Of a stretch of DNA of 64,000 nucleotides, positions 16,737 to 25,565 are shown one piece after another. A model generated the notes under the pieces. That model ran no database searches. It saw only the letters and a list, made by a program, of their open reading frames with translations, and was not told the DNA's origin. The stretch's first letter is position 1. Each line of letters begins with the position of its first letter. Both the position numbers and the translations under genes were made by a program. Where the stretch lies: positions 7,312 through 71,311 of the forward strand of contig JAHFJG010000007.1 in assembly GCA_023246005.1 (NCBI GenBank). Reading direction: 5' to 3'. This stretch comes from Candidatus Doudnabacteria bacterium. Its GTDB lineage: Bacteria; Patescibacteriota; Doudnabacteria; UBA920; O2-02-FULL-48-8.

Positions 16737-19640
16737 TTATTTTGCATGTATATAGGCTCGTTTCTCTTTTCCTGCGGAATCTTTTTCGTCAGGAATATAG
16801 CCAGAAGGCCTCCAGCTCATGTCTTCCGGTCTTGTGTCTGGAGCCGGCGCGCCAGACCCGCTAAAATGCTTGAATGCCGCATCTAATTTTGAATCTCCTG
16901 AAGCATCGGCTAATTTTGTTCTTCCAAAATCAATCAAGGCGCTCATAGTTTCTCTATACTCTTTCTGCACTTTAGGATCTTGAATCAAATTAGCCGCCTC
17001 AAATATACGTTTCACATTCTGCGGCTTAGCCGCATTCATGGCTTGGTTCGCATTCATTTCATTTCTATTCACCCGGTTTTTGATAGCCTGATAATTAGTC
17101 ATATAATAGGTCAAACCAACTTCGTTGATGATCGAATCTCTTTTACCGCTAACGCCATAATCAGCAGCAGGAACTTCGTCGTAGAATATCAAACGGTTAC
17201 CTTCTCTCGTCAGCTTGGAGTCGTCTAGTTTAGCGTTCTCAGCAGCCTGTTCATTTTTTCGATCCTGTGCACTCTTCATCTCCAGACGGCCGTGTTTCGA
17301 TTCGTACATACGCATAATCGTCCTGTGTCCGCGTTTCTCAGCCAGATCACTGACATCACTCATGATTAGCATAGAACCTTGTTCACCCATGCCTAACTTC
17401 TCTTCCAAAATTTGTTTTCTGAAATCATCCATGCCTTCTGCCGAATAAGTCATGAATTCTCCAGCTTTATGTTGCTTTCCGTCAGCACCGATCATGTCTC
17501 TAGTATATTGGGTTTTATTTACCAATTCGTTATCATTATACGTGTCTGTCAGGTGCATAAGAATTGCGTTTGCCCGAGCTTGTTTACCCTCTTCTACGGC
17601 GCTATTAAATAAATCCACTAACTCATGCCAGTTATCAGTAAGAATATTTTTCTTCTCCTCATCCATGGCATGCCGGATCTTTTTCTGGGTAAAGTAATCG
17701 TCTGGATACATCAATGATTGTCCCTTCAACTCTGTCGCCCTTGCTCGGGCGAGTATCTGTTCTCTTGACTCCGTACCAAATGCTTTTTCTGCTTCATCGG
17801 CTTGGTCCAAAAGAGCTTGGGCTTTGACGCGCTTATCGGTTATTGCCAGATCCTTAGCTGCTTTTCCGTTTACATCAATAGCTGGCAGGGCTGCCTTTTC
17901 TCTCTCCAATTGCCTTGCTTCTTCTAGAGCTTGTTGTGCTTGCTTACGCAACTCCAATGGTGCATTCGCCTTTGTTTTTAATTCTTCCGCATCATGTAAT
18001 AATTCTCTTCCAGTTTCCGATCCACCGCCACGAGCTTTTTTTATCCCGCCCTTACCAAAATACCGCTGAAAAAAAGTAACTGGCGAAGCAAGGGCAGAGC
18101 CTTTTTCATATGCTTTGGTCATTCCCGCAGTTTCTCTAGCCGCTCTATTAATCTCCCGGGATTCTTTCCAACCCTCAATCCATTTCGCAGGTCGAATTTC
18201 TCTGCCGGTTCTTGCCTTATAGACCTCCGCCCCATAATTGGCTCCAGCCTTGACTCCTGCCCAAGCCCCTTTCTTCATCAAATTCTTGGCTCCACTGACC
18301 CCGCTCATTATCATATCCCCCCCCACCATCCCCGCTTGCTTGGCCACCAATACCGCGGCTGCCAAAAATGCTATTTCAATAAAGTAAATAAATGCAGTGC
18401 CATTTCCTTGGCCATTCTTCCAACCTGTCCAACTAAATCCATCTGATATAACTAAAGTATCTAATCTAATCATAAACAAAGCCACTGGCGCCCAAATCAA
18501 ATATTTAAGAAAGTGACTCCACCATTCTTCTGCGTATTTTTTGGTCGCCGGCAGAATATTTGCCACATAAGCAATAGGTGAAAAAATAATCAAAATGTAC
18601 AAACCCACAAGCCGGATAATAAACATTCCAGCCAGAGCTATAAATACAACTGCAGATACAAGCTGATAAAAGATTTTTCCTAAACTTAAAACAAGAGCTG
18701 TTGATGATCCTCCTGTAACGATAAGTCTAAAATCTTCCGCAGGCCAAGCCTGAGCGAAAGCCGTAGAAGCAATCTGTTTTCCCATTCCATCTTGATAAAA
18801 CACCGCGGCCAAAAAATTCACGGCATTCATGATAGTAACTGCGATAACTTGACTAAAGTTAACTAAAAGAGCCGCTATTATTAAATCTCTGAGCAAGTGG
18901 CCATATTCTTGATAATTTTTCAATCGTAAAATTACACCAAAGCCAATGACTATTAATGCCAAAATAAAAAACATATTACAGATATCGCGGACGACCATCC
19001 AGCCAATATTAACCGCTCTTGGCAAAGTCGTAATATTGATTATATTCCCCACAACTTCGCTGAAAATACTACCGGCAATAGAAGTCACAATTGCCAATAC
19101 TGCTGAAATAATTGAAGCTACGAAATCTAAAATCCATCCAATCACTTGACTGATAACATTAGCGGGGTCTTGAAATTTTTTCATATCAGCTGCTGCTTCA
19201 GCTATTCCTGTTTGATTTATTCCAGTTCCATTGACTATTGACGCTCTAACTGCTTGCATCTCAATCGGTATTTTTGTAATATCTTGAGTTGATGAAATGC
19301 CATCTGATAGAACTGGCCAGCTACCTGGCGCAGTTTCACAATAAGGTTCAGGTATTCCGCCTGTAGCAATTAATCCCCAAACTGCTCTGTACTTTTTCTG
19401 AGAGGCCTGTAATAATTTATCGCTCAATGCTTTACAGCCTGCTTCATTGGTTGCATTATCATAATCAGCTTTAGTAATAGTTACATTTGTTGTTGGCGCT
19501 GGCGTGGGAGCCGGGGCTGGAGCTGGAGTTTGCCCAAACGCAAAATTGGCAAGCAGAAGATTGGCCAGTAGAATTGCTGTTAAAATTTTGGTTATGCGGT
19601 TGAATTTTTGTTTTGGTTTCACTTTTGGAAAATTAGTCAA
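16737..19640 (-). CDS. VirB6/TrbL-like polytopic membrane protein with long cytoplasmic tail
   Basis: GWMVVRDICN, LLVNFS, LIIFSPIAY...LP...WW pattern; signal peptide. Confidence 0.75.
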   Translation of the reverse strand: MTNFPKVKPKQKFNRITKILTAILLANLLLANFAFGQTPAPAPAPTPAPTTNVTITKADYDNATNEAGCKALSDKLLQASQKKYRAVWGLIATGGIPEPYCETAPGSWPVLSDGISSTQDITKIPIEMQAVRASIVNGTGINQTGIAEAAADMKKFQDPANVISQVIGWILDFVASIISAVLAIVTSIAGSIFSEVVGNIINITTLPRAVNIGWMVVRDICNMFFILALIVIGFGVILRLKNYQEYGHLLRDLIIAALLVNFSQVIAVTIMNAVNFLAAVFYQDGMGKQIASTAFAQAWPAEDFRLIVTGGSSTALVLSLGKIFYQLVSAVVFIALAGMFIIRLVGLYILIIFSPIAYVANILPATKKYAEEWWSHFLKYLIWAPVALFMIRLDTLVISDGFSWTGWKNGQGNGTAFIYFIEIAFLAAAVLVAKQAGMVGGDMIMSGVSGAKNLMKKGAWAGVKAGANYGAEVYKARTGREIRPAKWIEGWKESREINRAARETAGMTKAYEKGSALASPVTFFQRYFGKGGIKKARGGGSETGRELLHDAEELKTKANAPLELRKQAQQALEEARQLEREKAALPAIDVNGKAAKDLAITDKRVKAQALLDQADEAEKAFGTESREQILARARATELKGQSLMYPDDYFTQKKIRHAMDEEKKNILTDNWHELVDLFNSAVEEGKQARANAILMHLTDTYNDNELVNKTQYTRDMIGADGKQHKAGEFMTYSAEGMDDFRKQILEEKLGMGEQGSMLIMSDVSDLAEKRGHRTIMRMYESKHGRLEMKSAQDRKNEQAAENAKLDDSKLTREGNRLIFYDEVPAADYGVSGKRDSIINEVGLTYYMTNYQAIKNRVNRNEMNANQAMNAAKPQNVKRIFEAANLIQDPKVQKEYRETMSALIDFGRTKLADASGDSKLDAAFKHFSGSGAPAPDTRPEDMSWRPSGYIPDEKDSAGKEKRAYIHAK

Positions 19641-19669
19641 AAGGTAAAGGGTTACGATGCCCGGGTCGT

Positions 19670-20080
19670 TTAGGGGTTACGATTAGGGTTCTTAAACTTA
19701 CTCCATGCAGAGCCTAGGTTATAGAGCTGCCGACCTGTTTTATCATATATATCGACTAGTTCGGTGACTAAGGCAGGATTTATATCATAAATATCACGAC
19801 ATTGTTCAAGACTTACTATTGTTTCATTGCATTCTGCCATCGCATCATCGATATATTTTTGAAAACCTAGTTTTTGATGTCTTTTAGCATAACCTTCCGC
19901 AATTAATCTCGGGGATGCTTTACAAGAACGTCTCAATTGATCCTTTAGATCATACTTTTCTTCTTGAGGAATCTTGGGCAGAATTTCTTTCATTACCCGC
20001 AGCATTGCAGCGTAACTATTCTGATATACTTCTAGGTCTCGAAAGCTTTTAATTGGTTTCTTGTTTTCATCGTTGTTCAT
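19670..20080 (-). CDS. Four helix bundle protein
   Basis: SFRDLEVYQ, PQEEKYDLKDQLRRSCKA...IAEGY. Confidence 0.93.
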   Translation of the reverse strand: MNNDENKKPIKSFRDLEVYQNSYAAMLRVMKEILPKIPQEEKYDLKDQLRRSCKASPRLIAEGYAKRHQKLGFQKYIDDAMAECNETIVSLEQCRDIYDINPALVTELVDIYDKTGRQLYNLGSAWSKFKNPNRNP

Positions 20081-20257
20081 GACGTTACCTTTGACCGCCT
20101 TACGATACGGGCCTCGTTGCCGCTTTGAATTCGTTAATGGTTTAATGGTTATGATGCCCGGGTCGTCTAAAGGTGACGTCGAGGGCCTAAAAAACCGTTA
20201 CCTCTCAACTCCTCACCATACGGGCCTCGTTACCTCTTAACGCTAACCGATTTATAC

Positions 20258-20584
20258 TTAAATAACTTGTCTCTGTCCATAAAAAACTATTAGATCTTTC
20301 ATGACATCCTCTTTGATATACGGACTAACAGAAGCTTCAGTCAATAGATCGACTTTACTGTTTAGTCGTTCTGACAATTTTCTTTGTAAAGCGACTAAAT
20401 CCAGTAAACTTTTTTGCTTCTGCTGAGCATATCTAATAAGCAAGTCGATATCGCTCTCTTCCTTGGCTTCACCGCGAGCATACGAGCCAAAAACACCCGC
20501 AAACTCAACGTCATTGCTTTGAAGTATCGGGATGACTTTAGTTTTTAATTCATCAATTGTGGTTTTCATGAGTTCATTATGCAA
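20258..20584 (-). CDS. Minimal nucleotidyltransferase (MntA-type antitoxin), orphan
   Basis: FGSYARGEAKEESDIDLL, KVDLLT. Confidence 0.9.
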   Translation of the reverse strand: MHNELMKTTIDELKTKVIPILQSNDVEFAGVFGSYARGEAKEESDIDLLIRYAQQKQKSLLDLVALQRKLSERLNSKVDLLTEASVSPYIKEDVMKDLIVFYGQRQVI

Positions 20585-20587
20585 TTT

Positions 20588-20698
20588 TTAGGACTTTTTG
20601 TCTATTGGAACAAACGCAAAATTGGCAATCAAAAGATTGGCCAGCAGAATCAGGGCTATTATTTTAACTATTTTATTCTGGGAAATCAGGCTTGACAT
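20588..20698 (-). pseudogene. Duplicated 5' end of the VirB6-like gene (36-aa ORF)
   Basis: MSSLISQNKIVKIIALILLANLLIANFAF matches ITKILTAILLANLLLANFAF. Confidence 0.75.
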
Positions 20699-20761
20699 GA
20701 TTCTATGAATATGATAAGATGTAAATAGTTTACAGAACTGGCCCGAAAGAGCCGGGTTTTT

Positions 20762-21280
20762 TTATTTAAAGCCAATGTCGCCCCTAGGTTTTTCTTCAAA
20801 TGCCAACAGCTTTTTGATGGCCTGGAATACGACTTTAAATTGCTGATCATATTTCTTTTCTAATTTTTCTATCTTTTCTCGCAACTCTCTATTTGTCGCC
20901 AACATTTCCCTTATCTTGGTAAACGTTCTCATTATCTGGATATTTACCTGTACTGCTCGTTTGCTGTGTAGAACGCTGGACAGCATAGCCACTCCATGTT
21001 CAGTAAACACCAAAGGCGCTTTGCGTAATCCCATCTTTTCGCGATTGGAAGTGCCAAATTGGAACTTCCAAATTTCCATTTCTTTTTTACTCATTTGAAA
21101 CATAAAGTCATCAGGAAACCTGTCTAGATTGCGCCTGACCGCGCGGTTAAGTATTTTGGTTTCTACTTGATAAAGTTCAGCTAGATCCTTGTCAATCATC
21201 ACTTTTTTGCCACGAATAAAATAAATTTTACTTTCTAATCTTTTTTCAGGTAAAACAATTTTATAATTTTCTTTATTCAT
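20762..21280 (-). CDS. ORF6N domain protein
   Basis: IRGKKVMIDKDLAELYQV, RNLDRFPDDFMFQ, FTEHGVAMLSSVL. Confidence 0.93.
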   Translation of the reverse strand: MNKENYKIVLPEKRLESKIYFIRGKKVMIDKDLAELYQVETKILNRAVRRNLDRFPDDFMFQMSKKEMEIWKFQFGTSNREKMGLRKAPLVFTEHGVAMLSSVLHSKRAVQVNIQIMRTFTKIREMLATNRELREKIEKLEKKYDQQFKVVFQAIKKLLAFEEKPRGDIGFK

Positions 21281-21377
21281 ATGTTTCCGCAAAAGCAAAA
21301 TTAGTCAGGAAAAGATTGGCCGGCAGAATCAGGGCGAGGAGTTTAGTTATGTGATTGTGTTTTTGTTTTGGTGTCAT
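21273..21377 (-). pseudogene. Second duplicated 5' end of the VirB6-like gene (34-aa ORF)
   Basis: MTPKQKHNHITKLLALILPANLFLTNFAF matches PKQKFNRITKILTAILLANLLLANFAF. Confidence 0.75.
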
Positions 21378-21575
21378 GAAACGAAAATGCTTACATTTGT
21401 TTATTTTTGTGCATTATGCGTTTTTTAAAAAGATTTTCTCGAAAACCGCCCTCTCGGACAAACTTCTCTTCCAGTGATGCTCCGGACACTGATTTTATAT
21501 ACCAGCAAATATTCATAACCGGCGTGCTTTTTGTATACTTCGTCTTTGTCCATATTGTTATATGATTCATGACCC

Positions 21576-23252
21576 CTAAGGGTTGCAGCTATTGCTAAAA
21601 TAACACGCCGTGTCTGGATCGCCAGGGTTGGTTGCCGGACCTGCATATTTCACACTTGCTTCTGTGGATGGCGGGCCTCCCAGCCATTGCGGGTTGTTGG
21701 CTCCTCCACTATCGCCCAAAATATCCGCACCCGAATTATCCGGATACGCAACAATGTCAGTTGCCAACCCATCGCATTGACCGGAGTGCCAAGTGGTCAG
21801 CGCCCCTGCGCCTTCGCCGCGCAATACCCAGGCCACGCGTTTGGTAATTTCAAACGCGCCGCAGTTGCCGCTTAAGTTTACGCCTTCGTCAACCAGATAT
21901 TTTTTCACCTGCCTGACTACTTCCGTATGATCCGGCATAGTGCAGGCGATTGCGGTGGGAACATCAACGCAGGTTGGCCCGGTGCCCGGGGTTGGCGGCG
22001 GAGTAATGGTCATAGCCGTCTTAGAGCCCTGGCATGGAGGACCGGTGGTCACTGTTGTCGAGCCATCGGGATTGGTTACCGGAAGCCCGCCATAAATACA
22101 AATATCCGGCTGGCCGTCGCCGTTGGTGTCATAACCGTCAATGATGCCATCGCCGTCGATATCAATCCCATTACTGCCAGGGGTAAACTCCCCGTACGTG
22201 GCGTCTGGATTATATTGTCCATTATAATCCGGCAAAGCCTGGCCTGATTTATTATCTGAACTATCCAAGGTTAATTGATTGAAGATGAAATTGCCGAACA
22301 GGGAACCGATAATCGCCCAAAAATTATTGGGATTAAAATTAGCATCGAGCTTGGTTAAAATCGAACCGCTTAAATATTTATCAACTGTTGCCGTGGGATT
22401 GTCGATAAATGACCTGGCTGTATCCAGCGCGGACGCATTCCATTTGCCTCCGCCAGCGGCACAGCTGACCGGATCCCAAAACCCGTCGCCATTGGTTTTC
22501 CCCCAATCAACGTTATCGGTTTGGTTGCTGCAAAAGCCGCCAATCACGCGGCCGGCTTTCAAACCGTAACCAGCCGCGACTTCAAGCTGTGCCGCTGTGG
22601 TAGCAGATGATTGGAATGCCCCAAATTGTCCCTGCAAATTTTGTTCGGTAAAGCTCCGCGGATTGGCAAAATAGGCTTGAGACATGGCAAAATAATCCCG
22701 ATCCGACATATTGGCCGGCGGATAGTAGACTTTATTCGGGTCAATGCCGCCTTGTTTAATATAATAATCAGCCATGGCTTTTTTAAGCTGTGGGATCAAG
22801 GCCTTCCTTGGATCCGGCGCGTTGGGATCCTTGGGATTAGCGCCGGTGGGCTGGCCTGTGACGTAACCGCGATACATCATGGTGTAAATTCCGCGCAAAT
22901 CAGGATCAGAAATCTTATCCGCTAAAAACTGATACAAATAATAGTCAGACAGATACTTGTCATAATAGAGAAAGTTCCTAATCCGATATTTGTCTTGCAG
23001 CTTATTGGTTAATCTGGTTAAATATTTATTAGAGATATTTAAGGCAACCGCCCTTAAAGCTCCTAGCGCGAGGTCTTTGCCTATTTGATATAAATCGCCG
23101 ATTTTTATCACAAGATCGGGCAGCCCGGGAATTAAACCTGCTTCCGCAGGTTTTGGCAGAAATAAACCAATGGAGACAATGGCAAACTGGCTGATTATGA
23201 AAATCGTCAAAACTAATGCTGCTGATGATTTTACTAGTCTGCTATTTGGCAT
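21576..23252 (-). CDS. Exported protein with Ca-binding DxDxDG loops and Cys-rich C-terminus
   Basis: Signal-like N-terminus from ATG 23252; DIDGDGIIDGYDTNGDGQPD. Confidence 0.7.
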   Translation of the reverse strand: MPNSRLVKSSAALVLTIFIISQFAIVSIGLFLPKPAEAGLIPGLPDLVIKIGDLYQIGKDLALGALRAVALNISNKYLTRLTNKLQDKYRIRNFLYYDKYLSDYYLYQFLADKISDPDLRGIYTMMYRGYVTGQPTGANPKDPNAPDPRKALIPQLKKAMADYYIKQGGIDPNKVYYPPANMSDRDYFAMSQAYFANPRSFTEQNLQGQFGAFQSSATTAAQLEVAAGYGLKAGRVIGGFCSNQTDNVDWGKTNGDGFWDPVSCAAGGGKWNASALDTARSFIDNPTATVDKYLSGSILTKLDANFNPNNFWAIIGSLFGNFIFNQLTLDSSDNKSGQALPDYNGQYNPDATYGEFTPGSNGIDIDGDGIIDGYDTNGDGQPDICIYGGLPVTNPDGSTTVTTGPPCQGSKTAMTITPPPTPGTGPTCVDVPTAIACTMPDHTEVVRQVKKYLVDEGVNLSGNCGAFEITKRVAWVLRGEGAGALTTWHSGQCDGLATDIVAYPDNSGADILGDSGGANNPQWLGGPPSTEASVKYAGPATNPGDPDTACYFSNSCNP

Positions 23253-24267
23253 TTTGGTATTTATTTTGAAGCCGGTTGGTTTCCAAAGTAATTTTTTGGA
23301 ATAAGCTGAATGTTGCCTGCGTTTTATCATACCAGGCATTTCCTATTGGGTTATTGTCATCAAGCAGAATATCTTGGGGCGGAACTGTCAGAACGCCTGG
23401 CAACATTTGCAAAAATCCGATTGTGTATTTATGGAGTTGCACAAAATCCGGAGGCACTGGGAGTTTTTTTAATTCAGCCGCAGCTTTTAGCAAATTGACG
23501 CTGATTGAAGCCGTAGAGGACGCATCCTGATACTTGACCGCATTTTCTATTTGCGCTCCGAGATCTTTTGGCAAATATTTATTTAAAATCTCCTTAGTGC
23601 CTGCCAAATAAGTTGCGGCTGCTTGTTGGGAATTGTCTTTGCTCAAATTAAGTTCTGCGTCACTGATTTGAGGTACATCAATTTTGGTTAGATCACTGGA
23701 TTCGTTAATTAATTTTTTTATGTCGTAATTAAACACCAGGCTGTCGCCCAAAATAGTGTCGGGATTGGTAACCTGATCAAAGGTCATGTGACCCGACCGG
23801 CTCGGATCAAATCCTAATGCCACGAGCTGGCCATCGTTTAATTTATCTTTAACAGTATAAGCATTGAGCGGGTCAGTATGATAAAAAAATTCTTGCTGAT
23901 TCGAAAGACCGTCTTTGTCCGGATCGGCGTCCGGTTTGCAATTATCCTTGTCGCAAACGGATGATCCAAAATACTGCTGATACCACCAGCCAGGAATCGA
24001 ATTTGAAAACGCTTGAACCACAGCTTGTTTCTTTACCGGCTTGTTCTTAAACAAAACGATTCCAATTCCCAAAACAAAAATCACGACCATTAAAGCCGTA
24101 ATTAAAAGACGGATATTTTTCTTGTACCCCAGTCCCTCAATATGAAAGGTTCCGAACTGATTTGTATTTTTGTTTTTACTCATCTTTCTCTCAAACAAGC
24201 AAAAAATAGGCCTCTCTCTTAAACCTTTAGATCCGTTGTTTTGCTTTATTTTTGGTTTTTGTGTCAA
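23242..24267 (-). CDS. Membrane-anchored protein with thrombospondin type 3-like repeat
   Basis: TM helix; DPDKDGLSNQQE...TDP. Confidence 0.7.
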   Translation of the reverse strand: MTQKPKIKQNNGSKGLRERPIFCLFERKMSKNKNTNQFGTFHIEGLGYKKNIRLLITALMVVIFVLGIGIVLFKNKPVKKQAVVQAFSNSIPGWWYQQYFGSSVCDKDNCKPDADPDKDGLSNQQEFFYHTDPLNAYTVKDKLNDGQLVALGFDPSRSGHMTFDQVTNPDTILGDSLVFNYDIKKLINESSDLTKIDVPQISDAELNLSKDNSQQAAATYLAGTKEILNKYLPKDLGAQIENAVKYQDASSTASISVNLLKAAAELKKLPVPPDFVQLHKYTIGFLQMLPGVLTVPPQDILLDDNNPIGNAWYDKTQATFSLFQKITLETNRLQNKYQNAK

Positions 24268-24302
24268 AACCTAACTTAACTTACTACTATTATAGCACAT
24301 AT

Positions 24303-24401
24303 TACTCCGACGCGCAAGCCCCGCGTAATGAGATTTTTTGTAATAAGCTCGCGGATCGGAGCCCCGACTTCAATTTAATATTAATAGTAGACGTCGGGGT
24401 A
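24303..24401. repeat. Double-hairpin palindromic element (CCCCGAC/GTCGGGGCTCCGA family)
   Basis: Reverse complement matches 2745-2786; partial copy at 7638-7664. Confidence 0.7.
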
Positions 24402-24440
24402 GCATAGAAAAAGCCGCTTGTCCAGCGGCTTTTGATTTTT

Positions 24441-24680
24441 CTAAGGATTATAGTCTAATCCAAGTTTGATAGAAGCTTTTTTGATCCAATCTTCCATACT
24501 GTTAACTTTGTGCTTGTAAACAGCGAGTTCTTGATGATAGGTATCAGTTTTCTTAGAATAATTATCTACGGACGTTTGCGAGGTTCTAAAATCCTTCCGA
24601 AGATCCTCAAAATCTTCCTTTGTGGGAAAAACTTCTTTTTCAGCCTTAATAATCAATTTTATATCATCAAGAGTTAACAT
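24441..24680 (-). CDS. Small coiled-coil hypothetical protein
   Basis: 79-aa ORF followed by hairpin 24408-24433. Confidence 0.65.
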   Translation of the reverse strand: MLTLDDIKLIIKAEKEVFPTKEDFEDLRKDFRTSQTSVDNYSKKTDTYHQELAVYKHKVNSMEDWIKKASIKLGLDYNP

Positions 24681-24701
24681 AGTAAATCAATTTTAAACCA
24701 G

Positions 24702-25565
24702 CTATAAAAACTTGTCAAAGACTTGATAGAGTCGGATCCAATCCTCAATACTTAAATCTTGCGGTCTTAAAGTTGGGTCAATGCCTGCTTTTTGCAAAGC
24801 TTGAACATCAGTGATTGTATTTTTGATTTGTTTTCGTTTGCCGGCAAAAGCTGTTTTGATAATTCTGAAGAATAATTTTTTGTCTTCGATTTCTGGATAT
24901 TTGTTTTTTGGTTCAATTCTTAAAATTACAGAATCTACTTTGGGCATTGGCCAAAAACTGGTTTTGGGAATAATCAAAGGTGGAGTCTTCTCCCCAAAAC
25001 CATCCCGGACTTGATCCGGGATCTTAACTGTCGCAATCTCAACGTCCGCGTAAATCTGCACGGAAATTCCGAGGATGGATAATTCACCGGGTGCAGCCAC
25101 TACTCTCTCCCCAACTTCTTTCTGAACCATCAACACCAGTAACTTTGGCTGGTGTTCGCGCTCAAGAAATATTTGAAAAAGTTTGGAAGTCAAATAATAA
25201 GGAATATTGGCCACAACTTTATAATCGCCTTGAATAAATTTCTCAACATGGAATTTTAAAATGTCTTCGTTAATAATATTAAGATTCGGAATACTTTTAA
25301 ATTGTTTCTTCAAAAAAGCAACTAGATTAAAATCTTTTTCAATCGCATAAACTTGTTTGGCATATTTGATTAATTCCGAAGTTAGTACACCCAAGCCAGG
25401 GCCGACTTCCAAAACAACATCAGTCGATTTCAAATCAGCTGCGGCAACAATTGCGTGCAGTGCAGCTTTATCAACCAAAAAATTCTGGCCCAAATAATCT
25501 TTGGGTTTAAAGCCTGCGGTTCTTAGTAAATTTTTTATCTGTTCACTATCGGAAAGGTCTACCAT
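24702..25565 (-). CDS. rsmA: 16S rRNA dimethyladenosine transferase RsmA/KsgA
   Basis: LGQNFL, EVGPGLG, VANIPYY, PMPKVDS. Confidence 0.97.
   Translation of the reverse strand: MVDLSDSEQIKNLLRTAGFKPKDYLGQNFLVDKAALHAIVAAADLKSTDVVLEVGPGLGVLTSELIKYAKQVYAIEKDFNLVAFLKKQFKSIPNLNIINEDILKFHVEKFIQGDYKVVANIPYYLTSKLFQIFLEREHQPKLLVLMVQKEVGERVVAAPGELSILGISVQIYADVEIATVKIPDQVRDGFGEKTPPLIIPKTSFWPMPKVDSVILRIEPKNKYPEIEDKKLFFRIIKTAFAGKRKQIKNTITDVQALQKAGIDPTLRPQDLSIEDWIRLYQVFDKFL

Noticed and set aside
12987-20080. Diversity-generating retroelement suggested by Avd-like four-helix-bundle genes
   Set aside because: No reverse transcriptase and no TR/VR pair with adenine-specific mismatches in the window
19650-20234. 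CRISPR array or integron attC array
   Set aside because: Only two copies of each unit, no regular spacers, no cas or intI gene, no consistent RYYYAAC/GTTRRRY ends
7664-24267. Integrative conjugative element
   Set aside because: No relaxase, coupling protein, integrase or att pair in the window; VirB4/PrgI clusters appear to be resident in CPR chromosomes
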